Shown here: one piece after another, positions 1-12,603 of the stretch
How the letters are laid out: each line of letters starts with the position of its first letter
How positions within the stretch are numbered: the stretch's first letter is position 1
Program-made: the position numbers and the translations under genes
Notes under the pieces: model-generated
What the model was told of the DNA's origin: nothing
The model's input: the letters and a program-made list of their open reading frames with translations, nothing else
The model's database searches: none
Source of the DNA: Oopsacas minuta
Taxonomy: Eukaryota > Animalia > Porifera
Assembly (NCBI GenBank): GCA_024704765.1
Contig: JAKMXF010000015.1
Span: 34,529-98,528 of the forward strand
Length of the DNA: 64,000 bases
Direction of reading: 5' to 3'

Positions 1-3000
1 TTAATACAAGAATTGATGATACTTTTTGGAGAAAACTTTGATTATCTTCTACATTCATTTGTTAACAGTACTACTTACCCCATTCTCATCATAAAATAGA
101 ATATAATAACTGAGTTCGTATGTAAGATCAGATTGCAGTGGATGATTCACATAGATATTCCCGTTAATTTCAGTTTCTGTATTATCTCCTACCAGGAATA
201 GAAAATAAGATTCATCTTCACTGAAATAAGTGTTATCTAATACTGCTTGTATTTTAATATCTGATATCCCAGTCATAGAGAATACATCTAGTATAGATGA
301 GGTGATTAGACTGTAAGCTTGTTGTATTGAGAGTGTAGTGAATACTAGAGGAGAGTTAGTGTCAGATATTATGTAGATTAGCCTGAAGGAGAAACAGAGT
401 GATAATACTATTCATATGTACATATATACAGTTAACTCGAACACTTAGGGGAATTAATATCTGTTCGAGACTTCGAGTTAACGGAAGTACTAAAGTACAT
501 TGAAGCAATTTTAGTGATAGCCCAAATGAAAATTATCCTTTCTCTGGTCCGGTTCTCCAACCTTTGATAATTAGGGACTATTTATCGTAATTAACCACTG
601 ATTTCCCCACCAAATACTAGATTTTCAGATTCGTCACCCACAATCGTAAATTTAGATCTAGGAATTTAGTTATTACATGCAAGCAGGTGTATGTTTAACT
701 TTTCTTATTACGTAATCAGATTGTAGATATTGCTTTATCGTGCGGGGGCGCGGGGACGTACGAACTCTATATGAGTGGCAAGCTGCAATAATATTTAATA
801 TTTAAACTTGGCGGTTAGTATGTGTTTGTGTGTAGTAATTACTTACGCAATATTGGCAGTTGGGAATAATCCTTGTGAAGGAATTCTTAACTCATATCTT
901 CCACCAGTCTCAGTTGATGGAGGAGGAGTAACAGGTAGAGGCCTGTCTGTACTTTCTGGAGCTAAATGGAATAAATAATATCAATTATTTTACATTTGAA
1001 ACTGTTGAACAAGTTATCTAATAACTTATCCAAAAGAATGCAGATTTAATAATGTTCATAAATTATCATAATAGATCGATATCACCTTTACTCACCAGTA
1101 GGAAAGGTAGTTTCCCAAATTTCATTAGATATCGGTCCCTCACCGATCTCGTTTACAACAGCAAGAGCAAATGAATAGTTAGTATTTGGATATAAATTTG
1201 ATAAGATAAACGTGTAAGGTCCTAGCGTGTTGACAGGAAATTCCATTAGAGTATCAGGTTGTCCTATCTTTGCATAGTATAGATTGTATGACATTAAATA
1301 GACATTGATTGTAGTTAGATTCTTGTCCCAGGAATAGGAAATAGCAGAGGAAGAGATAGTAGAAGATTGGATGTTTATTGGGGGACTGTTAGGTACTGAA
1401 GAATAGATGTTAATTGTTGGAAGATTATTTTAATAATTACAAGTTTACAACACATTCCCTGTAATAATTTTGAATGAAGCTTTGAGTTCATTCATGAAAT
1501 TAGGCGAGTTAATTGTAATCTGTTAGCCATGGCCTTAGAATATCCGCGTATGATGTGTGCATATTAATCGTTTTATACTCTGAAGAACCTTCAAATTTTA
1601 TTAGCATCTTAATCCACCCTCTCTTAGCTTATTAATTCATAAAAAATTGGGGTAAGATTTCTGAATTTTCATAATTTGAAACACAAACAAAGGATTAGAT
1701 AAAATAGCTTAAATAGATTCTTAACCTATTCATCTGTAAAATATTCCAGTTTTAACAAGATGTAATGACAGTTGAGATGTCATGACAGTTGAGATGTCAA
1801 CATTTGAATTTCCGTAATTAATTGTGTAGTTCATGTATTAGTCAATTTTTGCACTACTATGTATAATTACTTACAATCACTGTCTAGAGGATTAATCTGT
1901 AATTGAACTGCAGCAGTAGTACCCATAAGATTGTTAGCAGAGACATTAACAAAGTATTCAAAATGTGGCTGTAGCCCTGTCAACATAAACTCATTTCCTG
2001 GTCCCGTAATGACAGTAATAATATCTGTTGTACTAATAATAGTTATTTCTCTTCTCGTTATTTGTGTTAAGAACACATTGCCTGGTGTTAAGAATCCTTG
2101 TAGAGTAATTGTAAAGCCGGTTAGTTCTCCACCAAGGAATTCAATGGATACATCAGGTAAGATTATGGTGAAACTAGCTGATGTCTGTGAGAGGACACTG
2201 GTCTCGTTGACCTGAAATGGTATTGCATTAGGTGGACCTGTGAGAAAGAATTTATGTTAATTATCTGGAGAAAATTTTCTTGCTATTATTTATCAAGTTT
2301 TAGGAATTTACGATTAAGTCAATGCAAATATTCTCAAGCACAAACTTACTAACAACAGGTGTTATTACCATTATAACATCTTCACTGGGTAACCCTGCTC
2401 CTATTGAACTTACAGCAGTCACAGTGATGTTATATAAAACTCCCTCTTCTAACCCAGTGAATGCCTTTGCATACAATACGTTGCTAGGGATTGGATAGGT
2501 ACTGTCATCAAGATATATTATTCTATCATCCACAGAAAGCTCAGTGTTTGTAGCATTGAATGTTATTATGAAACTGAGGATAATTCCGTTCTGTTCTATC
2601 TCAATGGGAGCTCTCTATGATACTCCAATCTCTGTTCCACTCAATGCATTAGCTCCCACAAGTATTGGCGGACCAGGTACTATATGTCTATTATAATTAA
2701 AGTTATTATTCAATATCAATTGTTGCCTGGTTGTAGGTCTGTTAATTCGTTGTCATGAAAAGTATTTATGGTATGTTATTTGAATTAGAATGTCTCGATC
2801 CGTTTAACATATCTATTTACAATGTTAGTTTAATTCAAGAATTTATTCAGAGTTCAATAATATTAGAGAAAATATCAAATATGCTAAATCCGATTTCTAA
2901 CTTTTGAATTAATAATTTTAAATGTACTTGTTTGTTTTTATAAAAATTAGTATACAAATACTTGAAATCTCAAAAATACTTAGAGACTTGCTCTTAATGG

Positions 3001-3976
3001 CTGCAATGGTGTAACAAAGTATCTATCAAATTTCATTATTTTAACAATGAAATATATGCATATGATATTTTTCGATTTATCCGCATGAATCCGTCAGTTG
3101 CCAATTGTTTTGCTTTCAACTTACATGCTTCATCTGTTAGCACGGTTATATTCTCAGTGAAAGGACTTACTCCCTATTCCATTGACAGCAGCAACCTGAA
3201 TAAGATACAAATCGTATTCTTCCAGATTCTGTAGATAAACTATTGTAGTATATATCAGAGGATATTCTACAGGATATACTTCTATTAGGCTATATTGAGT
3301 TTCTCTTTGGGATCGTACTGCTTGATAGGTTACATTGAAAACAAGATTGGACCGTTTTGATCTATTAGTGATGGTTCGTCAAATTCTAACATAATTGTAG
3401 TTGAGTTTATAGCTAATCCTGTGAAATTTTGTGGTGCTGATGTAGGAGCTAAATGAGTAGGAATATTATTATACCTCCTACTATCAAATTGAATTAGTGT
3501 GATTTTGGTAAATGTCCACATAGTGAAGTAAATGCACAAATGGAACAGTACACACATTTTATCAACTAGTCGATAAAAATCCTTCTACTCATCCCAATAT
3601 CGCTTCAAAATACACCAACCAGCAACCACCTGGGAGGATCTGGACATCTCTAGATTTGGAGGCGGAAACTGCATTTATGGGAAATTTACATAGAGGTTAT
3701 GTAACAGCAATTTCTCATGGTGGACCCACCCGCCAGGTTTGAATTAGTTTCCTAAAACTTGGCGCAAATTACCTCAATGATCTGTTTGGTTGGAGAGGAT
3801 TATATCTGTGTGCCAATATACCTCATATATTAATCTCTGATATATTGCAACCAGAAATTTATAGTATAACAATTGACAAATTCTTGTAATTTTGAGGTTA
3901 ACAACACTTCAGCTCAATTTATATTAGCTAAATTTAGGTTAGTAGCTGTAATAATAATATAATTATTATACTTATA

Positions 3977-4299
3977 GAGTGGATACCGGTTATAAGAACA
4001 TCGTCGGGAACTGGACATGTTGTTCTTATAACCGGTTTGTAGTATATAGTGAAAACACTTCATTTAAACATATTTGGATGTAGGAACCTACCATATATAG
4101 AAAATGGTTATCATATCTACTGAATAATTTATTCCGATTCTACAAACACACCGTATTATGAACCAATTTTGCTACTACTCTAAGAGTGTTCTTATAACCG
4201 GCATAATTATATTTGGGTATTTGGTAACCGTTTTCAAGTACAATGTTCCTATACCCAGCATGTTCTTATAACCTGTGTTCTTATATCCGACATCTACTG
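3977..4299. mobile_element. Tc1/pogo-type MITE in an FN3 gene intron
   Basis: Imperfect 24-bp inverted ends (gagtggataccggttataagaaca vs reverse complement cagtagatgtcggatataagaaca), TA at the left flank, and several internal tgttcttataacc repeats. Confidence 0.6.
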
Positions 4300-5362
4300 C
4301 ATTATCAATATATTATTCAATATCTTACCTGTTTGCAATGTTCTAATGACAATTTCTGAACTCAGCGGTCCCTCCATACCAGAATTAATTGCTCTTATAG
4401 AGATAGCATAATTGTGTAGTTGTGTCTGAGAAAGCTGTTACATTCCTTGGTGACATGTCTGGTGCTATAGAATGTAGAGATATGCTTATAATTTCATTCT
4501 TATCATAAAATTATTGTAAGTAGACCCCGCTTAATAACGGTGATCTTCCCAAAGTACGAATAATATTATGGTAATAACATATCGACAAGACATAGATTTA
4601 TTCAAATTATACCTTAGATAAGTAATTGGCAGCCCAGAATATGTTTACTTCTGGACCAGGTCATTTTGAATAGATTAAATGAATTCATTCTACTTACCTG
4701 CTGGTAAGGTTTCTTGAGTCAGTTCATTGGTATAAGGGCCAATTCCTTCAGAATTAACTGCAGCTACGCTAAATGTATAATTATTGAATTCTTCAGGTCC
4801 ACTCAGTAGATAAGTAACAGTATCTGTTGCTGGGTAATCCGTTGTAATGTTTGAAACATTAATGAACTCATTCATAGAAGGAAATGGATTTCCTACCACT
4901 TGTATTATATATGAAGTTATAAGTCCATTTTGTGCTTCAGTAAGAGGAGGTAGCCAACCAAGAAGAATCCTGGTTTCCTCGAAAAATTCCACTATTAAAA
5001 TCTGTGGAGGTTGATCAGGAGCTAAATTGAAATAATAAATAATACATGGAAGTTTTAAATAATGATGTACCCTGGTTAATAGGTAGCGATTATTAATTTC
5101 AAACCTCCTAGAGAGGGAAGTTGCGATTATTGTAAACACTACGTTAATTTCTATATAATCATACTTATGTGTTACATTATGTGTATTTATCCAACAAACA
5201 GTAGCTAAATTAAAATACAGGGGAATGACTCATTATAAGCAGTTATTATTAGTAGGAGAAGGCCTTATTCGAGGTAATAGGGTACATAATATAGCTGGTA
5301 TTGATGCCAACCAATCTGTTGTCCTTATAGCACTGACAGGTTTTCGTTATGACTATCCTTTA

Positions 5363-5553
5363 CATACTTTCCAACCTGGGTGAAGGAAAAAGCGAGCAGA
5401 AAGTAGTGATTTAGCAGGACATCGCGGGACATTGCATATTTGCATTAGACTGTACTACAAAAATGCCAGAAAATAAAGATTTTGCCAAGTTTTGGCGGGA
5501 TTTTGGTCAGAAAAGCGGGACGTCCCGCCAAAACCTGACAGTTGGCAAGTATG
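5363..5553. mobile_element. Non-autonomous DNA element with CATAC-TTGCCAAC-type TIRs
   Basis: Left end catactttccaac, right end gttggcaagtatg. The same terminus recurs at 27281, 27641, 27706 and 27875. No clear TSD here. Confidence 0.55.
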
Positions 5554-6718
5554 TTCTAATATCAGGTTAGAGAAGGATGTAACATGGACAACTCGTATAA
5601 CCTCTTGGGACTAGAAAAACAATCGCTGTATTCATTTAGAAGTTAATTTGAGCTTATTGCTTTAGTGAAAATGGTGACTGGATCGTTGTAATATCATACA
5701 CCTCAAGTGACAAGAATTGCAGCAAAAAATTGAGTTACGATATTTTTATATTTCGAATATTTCGTGCTTATTGTGTGAAATATTGATTCTTTCTAGTGAA
5801 GTACTGTAGTAGTGTTTCTAGTAAGTTATGATTAATGTATGACTATATTCTACAGTAAACCTACATACACGATACATGATACAACAAATACATGCAGCAA
5901 CCTGTTGCTTGAAAAAATTTTGGAATTAGAGGGAAATTTGTTGCAGACAGCATTGTTATACCGTGTACATGTATGGTAAGAGTTGCATCAAACAAAGTTG
6001 CATCATGTATGCTGGCCTAAATATACAATAAGTATGATGACAAGTATTGGAGAGTAATGTAGGGGTCTATAACTCTAAGTCATATATCAAACATGTATAC
6101 AAAGCAATAAAAATTTCAACTCACCAGTTGGCTGAGTTTCTATGTACATCGGCTCACTCTCCATTCCTACTCCAATAGAATTTACAGCACTAATAACAAA
6201 TGTGTAATTGTTATACGCTTCTAAGATTACATAATAGATACTGTTTTCTTGGTTTGGACTAGCCATTACCTCTTCTACTGTTAGATTTGTGTCAATTGGA
6301 TTTCCATAATATGTAATATTGTATGAGAGGATGATATCATTACGTTCTATAGCTAGTGGGGGGAACCAGTCTATAGGTATTGTATTATCTGATAGTGTTA
6401 GAATAGTGATGTTGGTTGGAGGTCCACTTGCCACTGAAATACAAGATTTAGATAAAATAAAATTCCTGTTATATCGAACTCATGGGACCGCAATATTTCT
6501 TCAATAAAATTGGAATTCGACATAGACGATGCCCCAAATATTGGAAATGTGGGAGTACTCGTAATTGAAGCTAAAAGAAAATAACGAATGGTGATTGCTA
6601 TGTATATGTTATTTGCATTATAATCACAATCTTTGATTTATGAACGATGCTCAAATTTGCAAAAATACAAATAAAATATTTCCGGATGGGGAACCGATTT
6701 TGGACAGGTGGGTATAAG

Positions 6719-7053
6719 CAGTGTTCCCCCTAAGCGTTTTGTTGACCGACCGGCTTGCCGCCCAAAACGCCAATTTGGCATTCCGCCAGCCGGTCAATTC
6801 GGATCTGCAGTCGATCAAAATACATTGAGTAGATATTATTAGTATAGGCATAGGCTTAACAGCTATTAATATAATCATATACGATTTGAATTCAGCGATT
6901 TTCCACAATATCAATGTTGGGTTTCATTTGTATGTTCTGAAAAGTGTCGTAATCTCCAGCAGGAACTTTGCCGGAATTAGATGTTTTCGGCCGATAAAAC
7001 AGGCCATGAGGCCGACCAAATGTGACCCATAACTTGGCTTAGGGGGAACACTG
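6719..7053. mobile_element. hAT-type MITE, 335 bp
   Basis: Perfect 17-bp TIRs cagtgttccccctaagc / gcttagggggaacactg. The 8-bp flanks ggtataag / ggtatgag (7/8) are consistent with a hAT TSD. Confidence 0.85.
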
Positions 7054-8335
7054 GGTATGAGAAACAATTATGTATATTACTTTACACGGCCTAAACTCCT
7101 AATTTAAATCCTTGAATATTAACCTACTTATTCAATACTAAAGAAAATAAGAAAGTAAAAATAACAAATACGATTCATAAAACATAGAGTTCTAGCTACC
7201 TATCGAATGCAATATTACAAACTGAGGTGGGAGGGCCTCGTCCCTAGTAAGTTAGAGAAATATAAATTTATATAGAATAAAACTATATACTCACAAGATG
7301 ATGGAATTATTGTTGTAGTTATCTGAAGACGAATCTATGGAAAAATGCGAGTAATATTGTTATTAATTTTAAACATATATAATAATCTTACCAGGCAAAG
7401 CAAAAGTTGAAGAAGTATAACGTTGTTCCCCATATTTCCAGATTTTTCCCTCTCAATCAATGCAAACTGTATTTATAGAAGTGAATCAATTCATTTTGTT
7501 TGTAAATTTTAAATTTGGTTTAATCAAATGCCTAAAGTCAATTTGATTAATTTTTGTAATGAAAGCGCTAATCTATAAAATTTATAATATTAATTATGAT
7601 ATATTTAATATTAACTGTTATTTGATGATAATTTATTACTAATTTAGATTGTCTGAGTAATTTAATATAATATTTTATACTTTGTGCTCCGCTATAGTGT
7701 TGCAGTAGTCCAGTTCGGTTTTAATTTTTCCTAGCATATTTCATGTGGGTAAAGGCTCATTGAATGTATTGCAAGATGTCTAAATGATATTGAAATTGTG
7801 TGGCCATGTCACAGAGTATTCCTTGTAAATGACAATTAATGGATTTAGAGGAGTAGGGACTTTATAGATAGGAACATTCTTGATGATAATATGTCGGTTC
7901 AGTCCACAAATTGTAGCAAACTGCGATAGTAGTAACATTATTCGGTCATAGGATTCATTTTGTAAATTCCGAAATCACTAAGTTAGCATCTAATTATAAT
8001 TGAACACTTATTCAAAGGATGGTAAGACTTACAATCAAAGGCTACTTCTTTACAATTCATGTCAAAATATCTCAAAATGTATTAACAAAAGCAAATGAAC
8101 TATTATATTATCAGTGAATAGGAAGTTGACTATGGCGGAACTACTGGTATAAAGTTTAGAGTCATAGGACTCATAGTTTTTAACAAACAGAAACATATTT
8201 CCTTAGCGACACAGGAATATGTACACTCCATTCATACCAACCATTTTTTTCAAATAAATATTTCTCCATTATCATTATATACAACTGTCAAGCATTAAAA
8301 ACACTGACACCATGGTTTAAACACAGCTTGAAAAA

Positions 8336-8368
8336 GCGCTTCGCACCTAGCAAGCGAAGTGCACTAGT
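8336..8368 (+). mobile_element. Helitron-like 3' terminus (hairpin followed by CTAG-T)
   Basis: Stem gcgcttcgc...gcgaagtgc followed by aCTAGT. The 20-bp end motif recurs at 12171, 29617 and 43738. Confidence 0.5.
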
Positions 8369-8604
8369 CTTTATTAAAATTTTTGTTTTTTAGTTTTTGT
8401 CTGAGCTAATTGAGGTACTGGTAAAAGCTATAAACTTGAAAGTTGACATGTATGTGTAATATGGTCCGAACATGTATGAAGTTTAAGATCAATATTTGTA
8501 TGCATATTTGTGCTATATGTGAGAATTTGAATGACTGATTTTCATTAGTTAGAAATCGAATGTATATAGAGCTATAGTAAATGTGAGTTGATGCAGAAGT
8601 AGTA

Positions 8605-9918
8605 CAGGGCGGCTTTTAAGTTCTGTCCCATGATTTATAAGAACCATTTTTCCATGCTGAGTCTTTGCTATTAGATATATCTTATTAGTTTACCTTATTA
8701 TACTGTATTTAACATAAATATACAGTTTCAGAGTACAATTGTAGAGAAATTTCAATTTTATTAGTGATGGAACGTGAGAGGTCGGCAATTGTAGAATTAT
8801 TTACAAAAGGACATCCTTCAAGGGAAATTTTGAAGATCCTGAAACTCCCTCTAAACAGAAGGAAATTTGTATACCGCACTATTAGGCGATACAAGGATAC
8901 TGGAAAAGTTGAAGATATGGCAAGATCAGGCCGTCCGTGCTCAGTAACCACCCTCAGCTTAGGGAAAGTCATCGCCCAGCGAATTCGCCGAAATCCTAGA
9001 CGTTCCATAAGGAAAATGGCTCTAGATCTGAAAGTATCAAGATGTGCAATGACTAAAATTGTGAAAAGGGATTTAGGGATAAGTTCATTCAAGCGTAAGA
9101 AGGTACACTTCCTTTCTCAATTGGTAAAGGAAAAAAGGGTTTGCAAGATGCAAAGGTGCGTTGGGCCGGTACGCTGTTGAAAATCTAGAAAAAATATTAT
9201 TTTCAGATGAGAAAATATTCACTATCCAGGAGGCAACCAATGTACAAAATGATCGTATACTTGCATCATCTCCTTCCAAAGTCGACGAGAAGTTCAGATA
9301 TGTTAGCCGAATACAGAACCCTAAGTCGGTGATGGTTTGGGCAGGGGTGTCAAAAATGGGCCGGACACCATTGGTTTTTGTACCACAAGGGGTAAAAATC
9401 AATTCAATTAATTATCGAGAAATGGTTTTGGAGCCAGTATTGAAGAATATAGGCCGAGACATGTTCGGAGGTACATCATTTGTTTTCCATCAAGACGGGG
9501 CGCCAGCACACACTTCTAATGTTACCCAGTCATGGTTACATGACAATTTTCCTGGTTTTATAACCAAGGAAGAATGGCCTCCTTACAGTCCTGACCTGAA
9601 TCCCATGGATTATTCTGTGTGGTCAATTCTCGAGACGAAAGCTTGTGTTAACTCTCACACAAGTATCAAGTCACTGAAGAGGAAACTTTGCCAAGAGTGG
9701 AATAAAATTCCCCAAAAAACCCTCCGTGCTGCTATTGAGGCCTTGCCAGATCGAATTACACGTGTAATACAAAATGAGGGAGGCTATATTGAATAAAATT
9801 CGCGAAATATGTTTTGTCTCTGAATCATAAATTAGAGCAATAAATATCATTACCAAGCTATATATATATATTGATAAATAATAGTTTTTGCATGGGACAG
9901 AACTTAAAAGCCACCCTG
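8605..9918 (+). mobile_element. Tc1/mariner superfamily transposon, maT (DD37D) family, full length
   Basis: 28-bp TIRs (cagggcggcttttaagttctgtcccatg; one mismatch), TA duplicated at 8603-8604 and 9919-9920, internal transposase. Confidence 0.95.
8767..9796 (+). pseudogene. maT DD37D transposase with a single +1 frameshift (342 aa if repaired)
   Basis: N-terminal HTH region in ORF 8764-9180; FSDEK, QDGAPAH and WPPYSPDLNPMD motifs in ORF 9161-9796, with 37 residues between the second and third Asp. One extra base in aaaaaaggg (~9131-9139) joins KEKR to FARCKGALGRY. Confidence 0.9.
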
Positions 9919-10486
9919 TATTTGACTGCAGATAAGGTTAGAAAAATGTTTGGATACAGATTATAAATTTTCTAACTGAAATTAATGCTTTGTGATGTTA
10001 GAGTTGCCTAATAAGCATCAATTGGATTTCATTCCAGGTTGCATATTATCCAGTAGTCAATAGGACATAAACTATCATGAGTAGCTTATTGAACGTTTGG
10101 AGTTCCATTTGCCGGTATCGGATAATATTGGCTTACAGTAGCTGTAAGACAATTTTATAGGATGTAAATTTCTAAACAACAGGGGAAAATCCAAAAAAAG
10201 TACTGCAATTTAAATAAGGCGCATGCATTAGCTCGACTTTCCATTTTCGACCACCTTAGCCTAATTATATAAACCAGAAAACGTGTAAAGAAATTTATTG
10301 GTTCCCATATCATTTTGACTACAGTTATTACGTTGCATAACATCTTTCAATTGTCAATTTAGCAAGAATTTACTGCTCCACATATGAACACATTTACCTA
10401 CATTATAATATTGTCTTTTAATCTTGATATTAACAAGTTTGTGATAGTTAATATAAAGATAATATTGCTGATGTAGATGTATAATA

Positions 10487-10548
10487 CAAATCTATGTCAG
10501 CAATATGAAGTCAAATTGTATTGACTTCATATTGCTGATGTAGATTTG
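10487..10548 (+). other. 62-nt hairpin with a 28-bp stem
   Basis: Arms 10487-10514 and 10521-10548 pair fully on the + strand with two G-U pairs; 6-nt loop attgta. Confidence 0.8.
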
Positions 10549-12170
10549 CATAAAAAGGTTAGCAACGAACATGTAGATTTGAATGTAAAATAATAAATCA
10601 GTATATTATCAATGAAAGTACTATTATACCAGAAATTCTCAATCTCTAAACAGCTATCAAACACAATACATTTTGTTAACAAAGTTCGCCAACTTACATC
10701 AGCTGTGTAGAAAATTAAAACGTTTTATTGTTGATTATTACCTTTAATATGACTAATAGGAGTCTTTGACTGGTGGTTTTGTGATGAACTTGGCGCTTTG
10801 CCCATCGATTACAAGGTTGCCGTGGTAATCAAATATTACAACTATTCCCATAGGATTACATTGTATTATTTTCTAGATATGATTACTATTCATCATACAC
10901 AAGAATTCAAATACCATTCCGTAACCTTACCTGACAACAGACGATCAAACGAATAAATAAACAACAATTGAGATTAAATAGTATATTGTATTATATAATG
11001 TGGGATAATTAATATTATTCGTATAAATATTCACTGAACTATTTAGTGAGTCTGCCGGCCAGAGCTGTATTAATTAATTAACTCATTTTGAGTTAGCAAA
11101 ACTCTAAGTGAGTGAATATTCACAATATCTACCTATTATTGCAATATTATAATGCGAACAAAGTACAATACGTAGTATTCCAACATTTCTATATGTAGTG
11201 TTACTTTCATCTAAGAGAGTTATTCAATCTATGGTTGATGTAACTATACTATACGTCATATATTACTGTAGCTTTACAAAGTAATATATAGAAATGAATT
11301 TGTAGATTTGGGTCGTAGGAACATCTTCAAACATGATGCACACTGCATAAATCATATACAAAATTACTGAGTAAGGGATTTTGTGTCCATTTTGGAAACG
11401 AATTACAGCAAATGAAGACAATTCGTGTGTCACGTAATTATTGCATTGTATTTCTAGAAAGCACGATGACGCAAAGAGCATGACAACGGAGCAATATCAT
11501 GGCCATTCTTTAAGAAGGATACTTTACACCTTCTTAAATGACGGTCATGATACAAGTTCTGATATACCGACAGTACCGTAACAAAAATATGAAAGAAGAG
11601 TCCAGACAATGGCGCGCTCCATAAAACAAGGCCTAAGGATAACCGCTAGTACACCAGAATGCAATTTCTACCACACAGCACCTGCCAATAATACTTTCGG
11701 ACCAAAAATTTCTGTTTCTTGTCAGAGAACATACTAAGATAACAAATTTGTCCAGGGCCAAACATGATCCGGCCTAGATTTCTATCAGAAATGGAGCTAA
11801 TTCATACAATCTTTCTGGAAATTCGTACTAACTTGGTTCCAATTAAGAATATTCCACTGTATTAACATCGGAATATGAATATCAGTATTCTCAATACAGT
11901 TCCCGAAAAGAGCCAATATAGTACAGCGCAGTTCCTTACTTCCCCAATTCTTGTTGTGGCTCTGAATACCGATCAATGGATTGTGTTCAGTCTGGCCTAC
12001 TCGTGGCACGGATGCTATATTCCCCATAACATATGTACAGTGAACATTCTCTAATCGGAACAAGGTATTAGTCTGAATCAATCTTAGAAAATAATCCAAA
12101 ATAGTTATAAATACTTATTTTGTCCAATTGTGTCAAGAAATATAATGACAAAGCTGTCGACAAGCGACCA

Positions 12171-12190
12171 AGCAAGCGAAGCGTGCTAGT
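12171..12190 (+). mobile_element. Helitron-like 3' end motif copy
   Basis: agcaagcgaagcgtgctagt, matching 8349-8368. Confidence 0.45.
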
Positions 12191-12603
12191 ACGTATAAAG
12201 AAAGAAAATATGTTGATAAAACTTTCAAAGTAAATCACCATTTTGAGGATCGTAAATATGAATGTGATCAGATCGCACGTTTATGAATTAGGAATATAGG
12301 ATCAGAACCGAGACACCTATCCTGATTTCAGCCAAGAAAGGTATCTAGATTTCTAGATAGATTCCTGAATATTACCATTGCTTAAGACAGCATTTCCAAA
12401 CACATGAGAATAAGAACGTCATGTTAAGCATCTTAGAATAACTATATAAAGAGGTATTGCACAAAGAATGAACTAACAATTTCAATAATATATACATAAG
12501 GTCAGTTAGCAAAATTATACAGAAACTATAGTATTTTGTATAAATAAGATTTGGAAAATTGAAGTTTATTAAGAATATTTCGCTTGTATCAAACTAAATT
12601 CAA

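Larger units (their letters stand above)
1..7433 (-). pseudogene. Multi-exon fibronectin type III receptor ectodomain, receptor-type tyrosine phosphatase-like; partly disrupted; 3' end lies beyond the left edge
   Basis: Signal-peptide exon 7433-7392 (MGNNVILLQLLLCL) and exon 7334-7295. These are followed by phase-1 FN3-type exons at 6433-6125, 5021-4698, 4464-4329 (decayed), ~3445-3126, ~2660-2350, ~2240-1871 and ~1400-1092. Exons ~962-850 and ~382-69 carry FLVGD...NGNIYVNHPLQSDLTY, resembling the RPTP juxtamembrane domain. GT-AG sites were read by eye. Lesions: in-frame TAG at 2617-2615 and frameshifts near 3340 and 3173. Confidence 0.7.

Noticed and set aside
8709-9856. Minus-strand ORFs 8709-9092, 9085-9402 and 9671-9856
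   Set aside because: Antisense shadows of the maT transposase with no motifs of their own.
11480-12099. GC-richer coding-like stretch including ORF 11797-12099
   Set aside because: No recognisable motif or consistent long frame; possibly decayed or captured sequence, but it cannot be named without a search.
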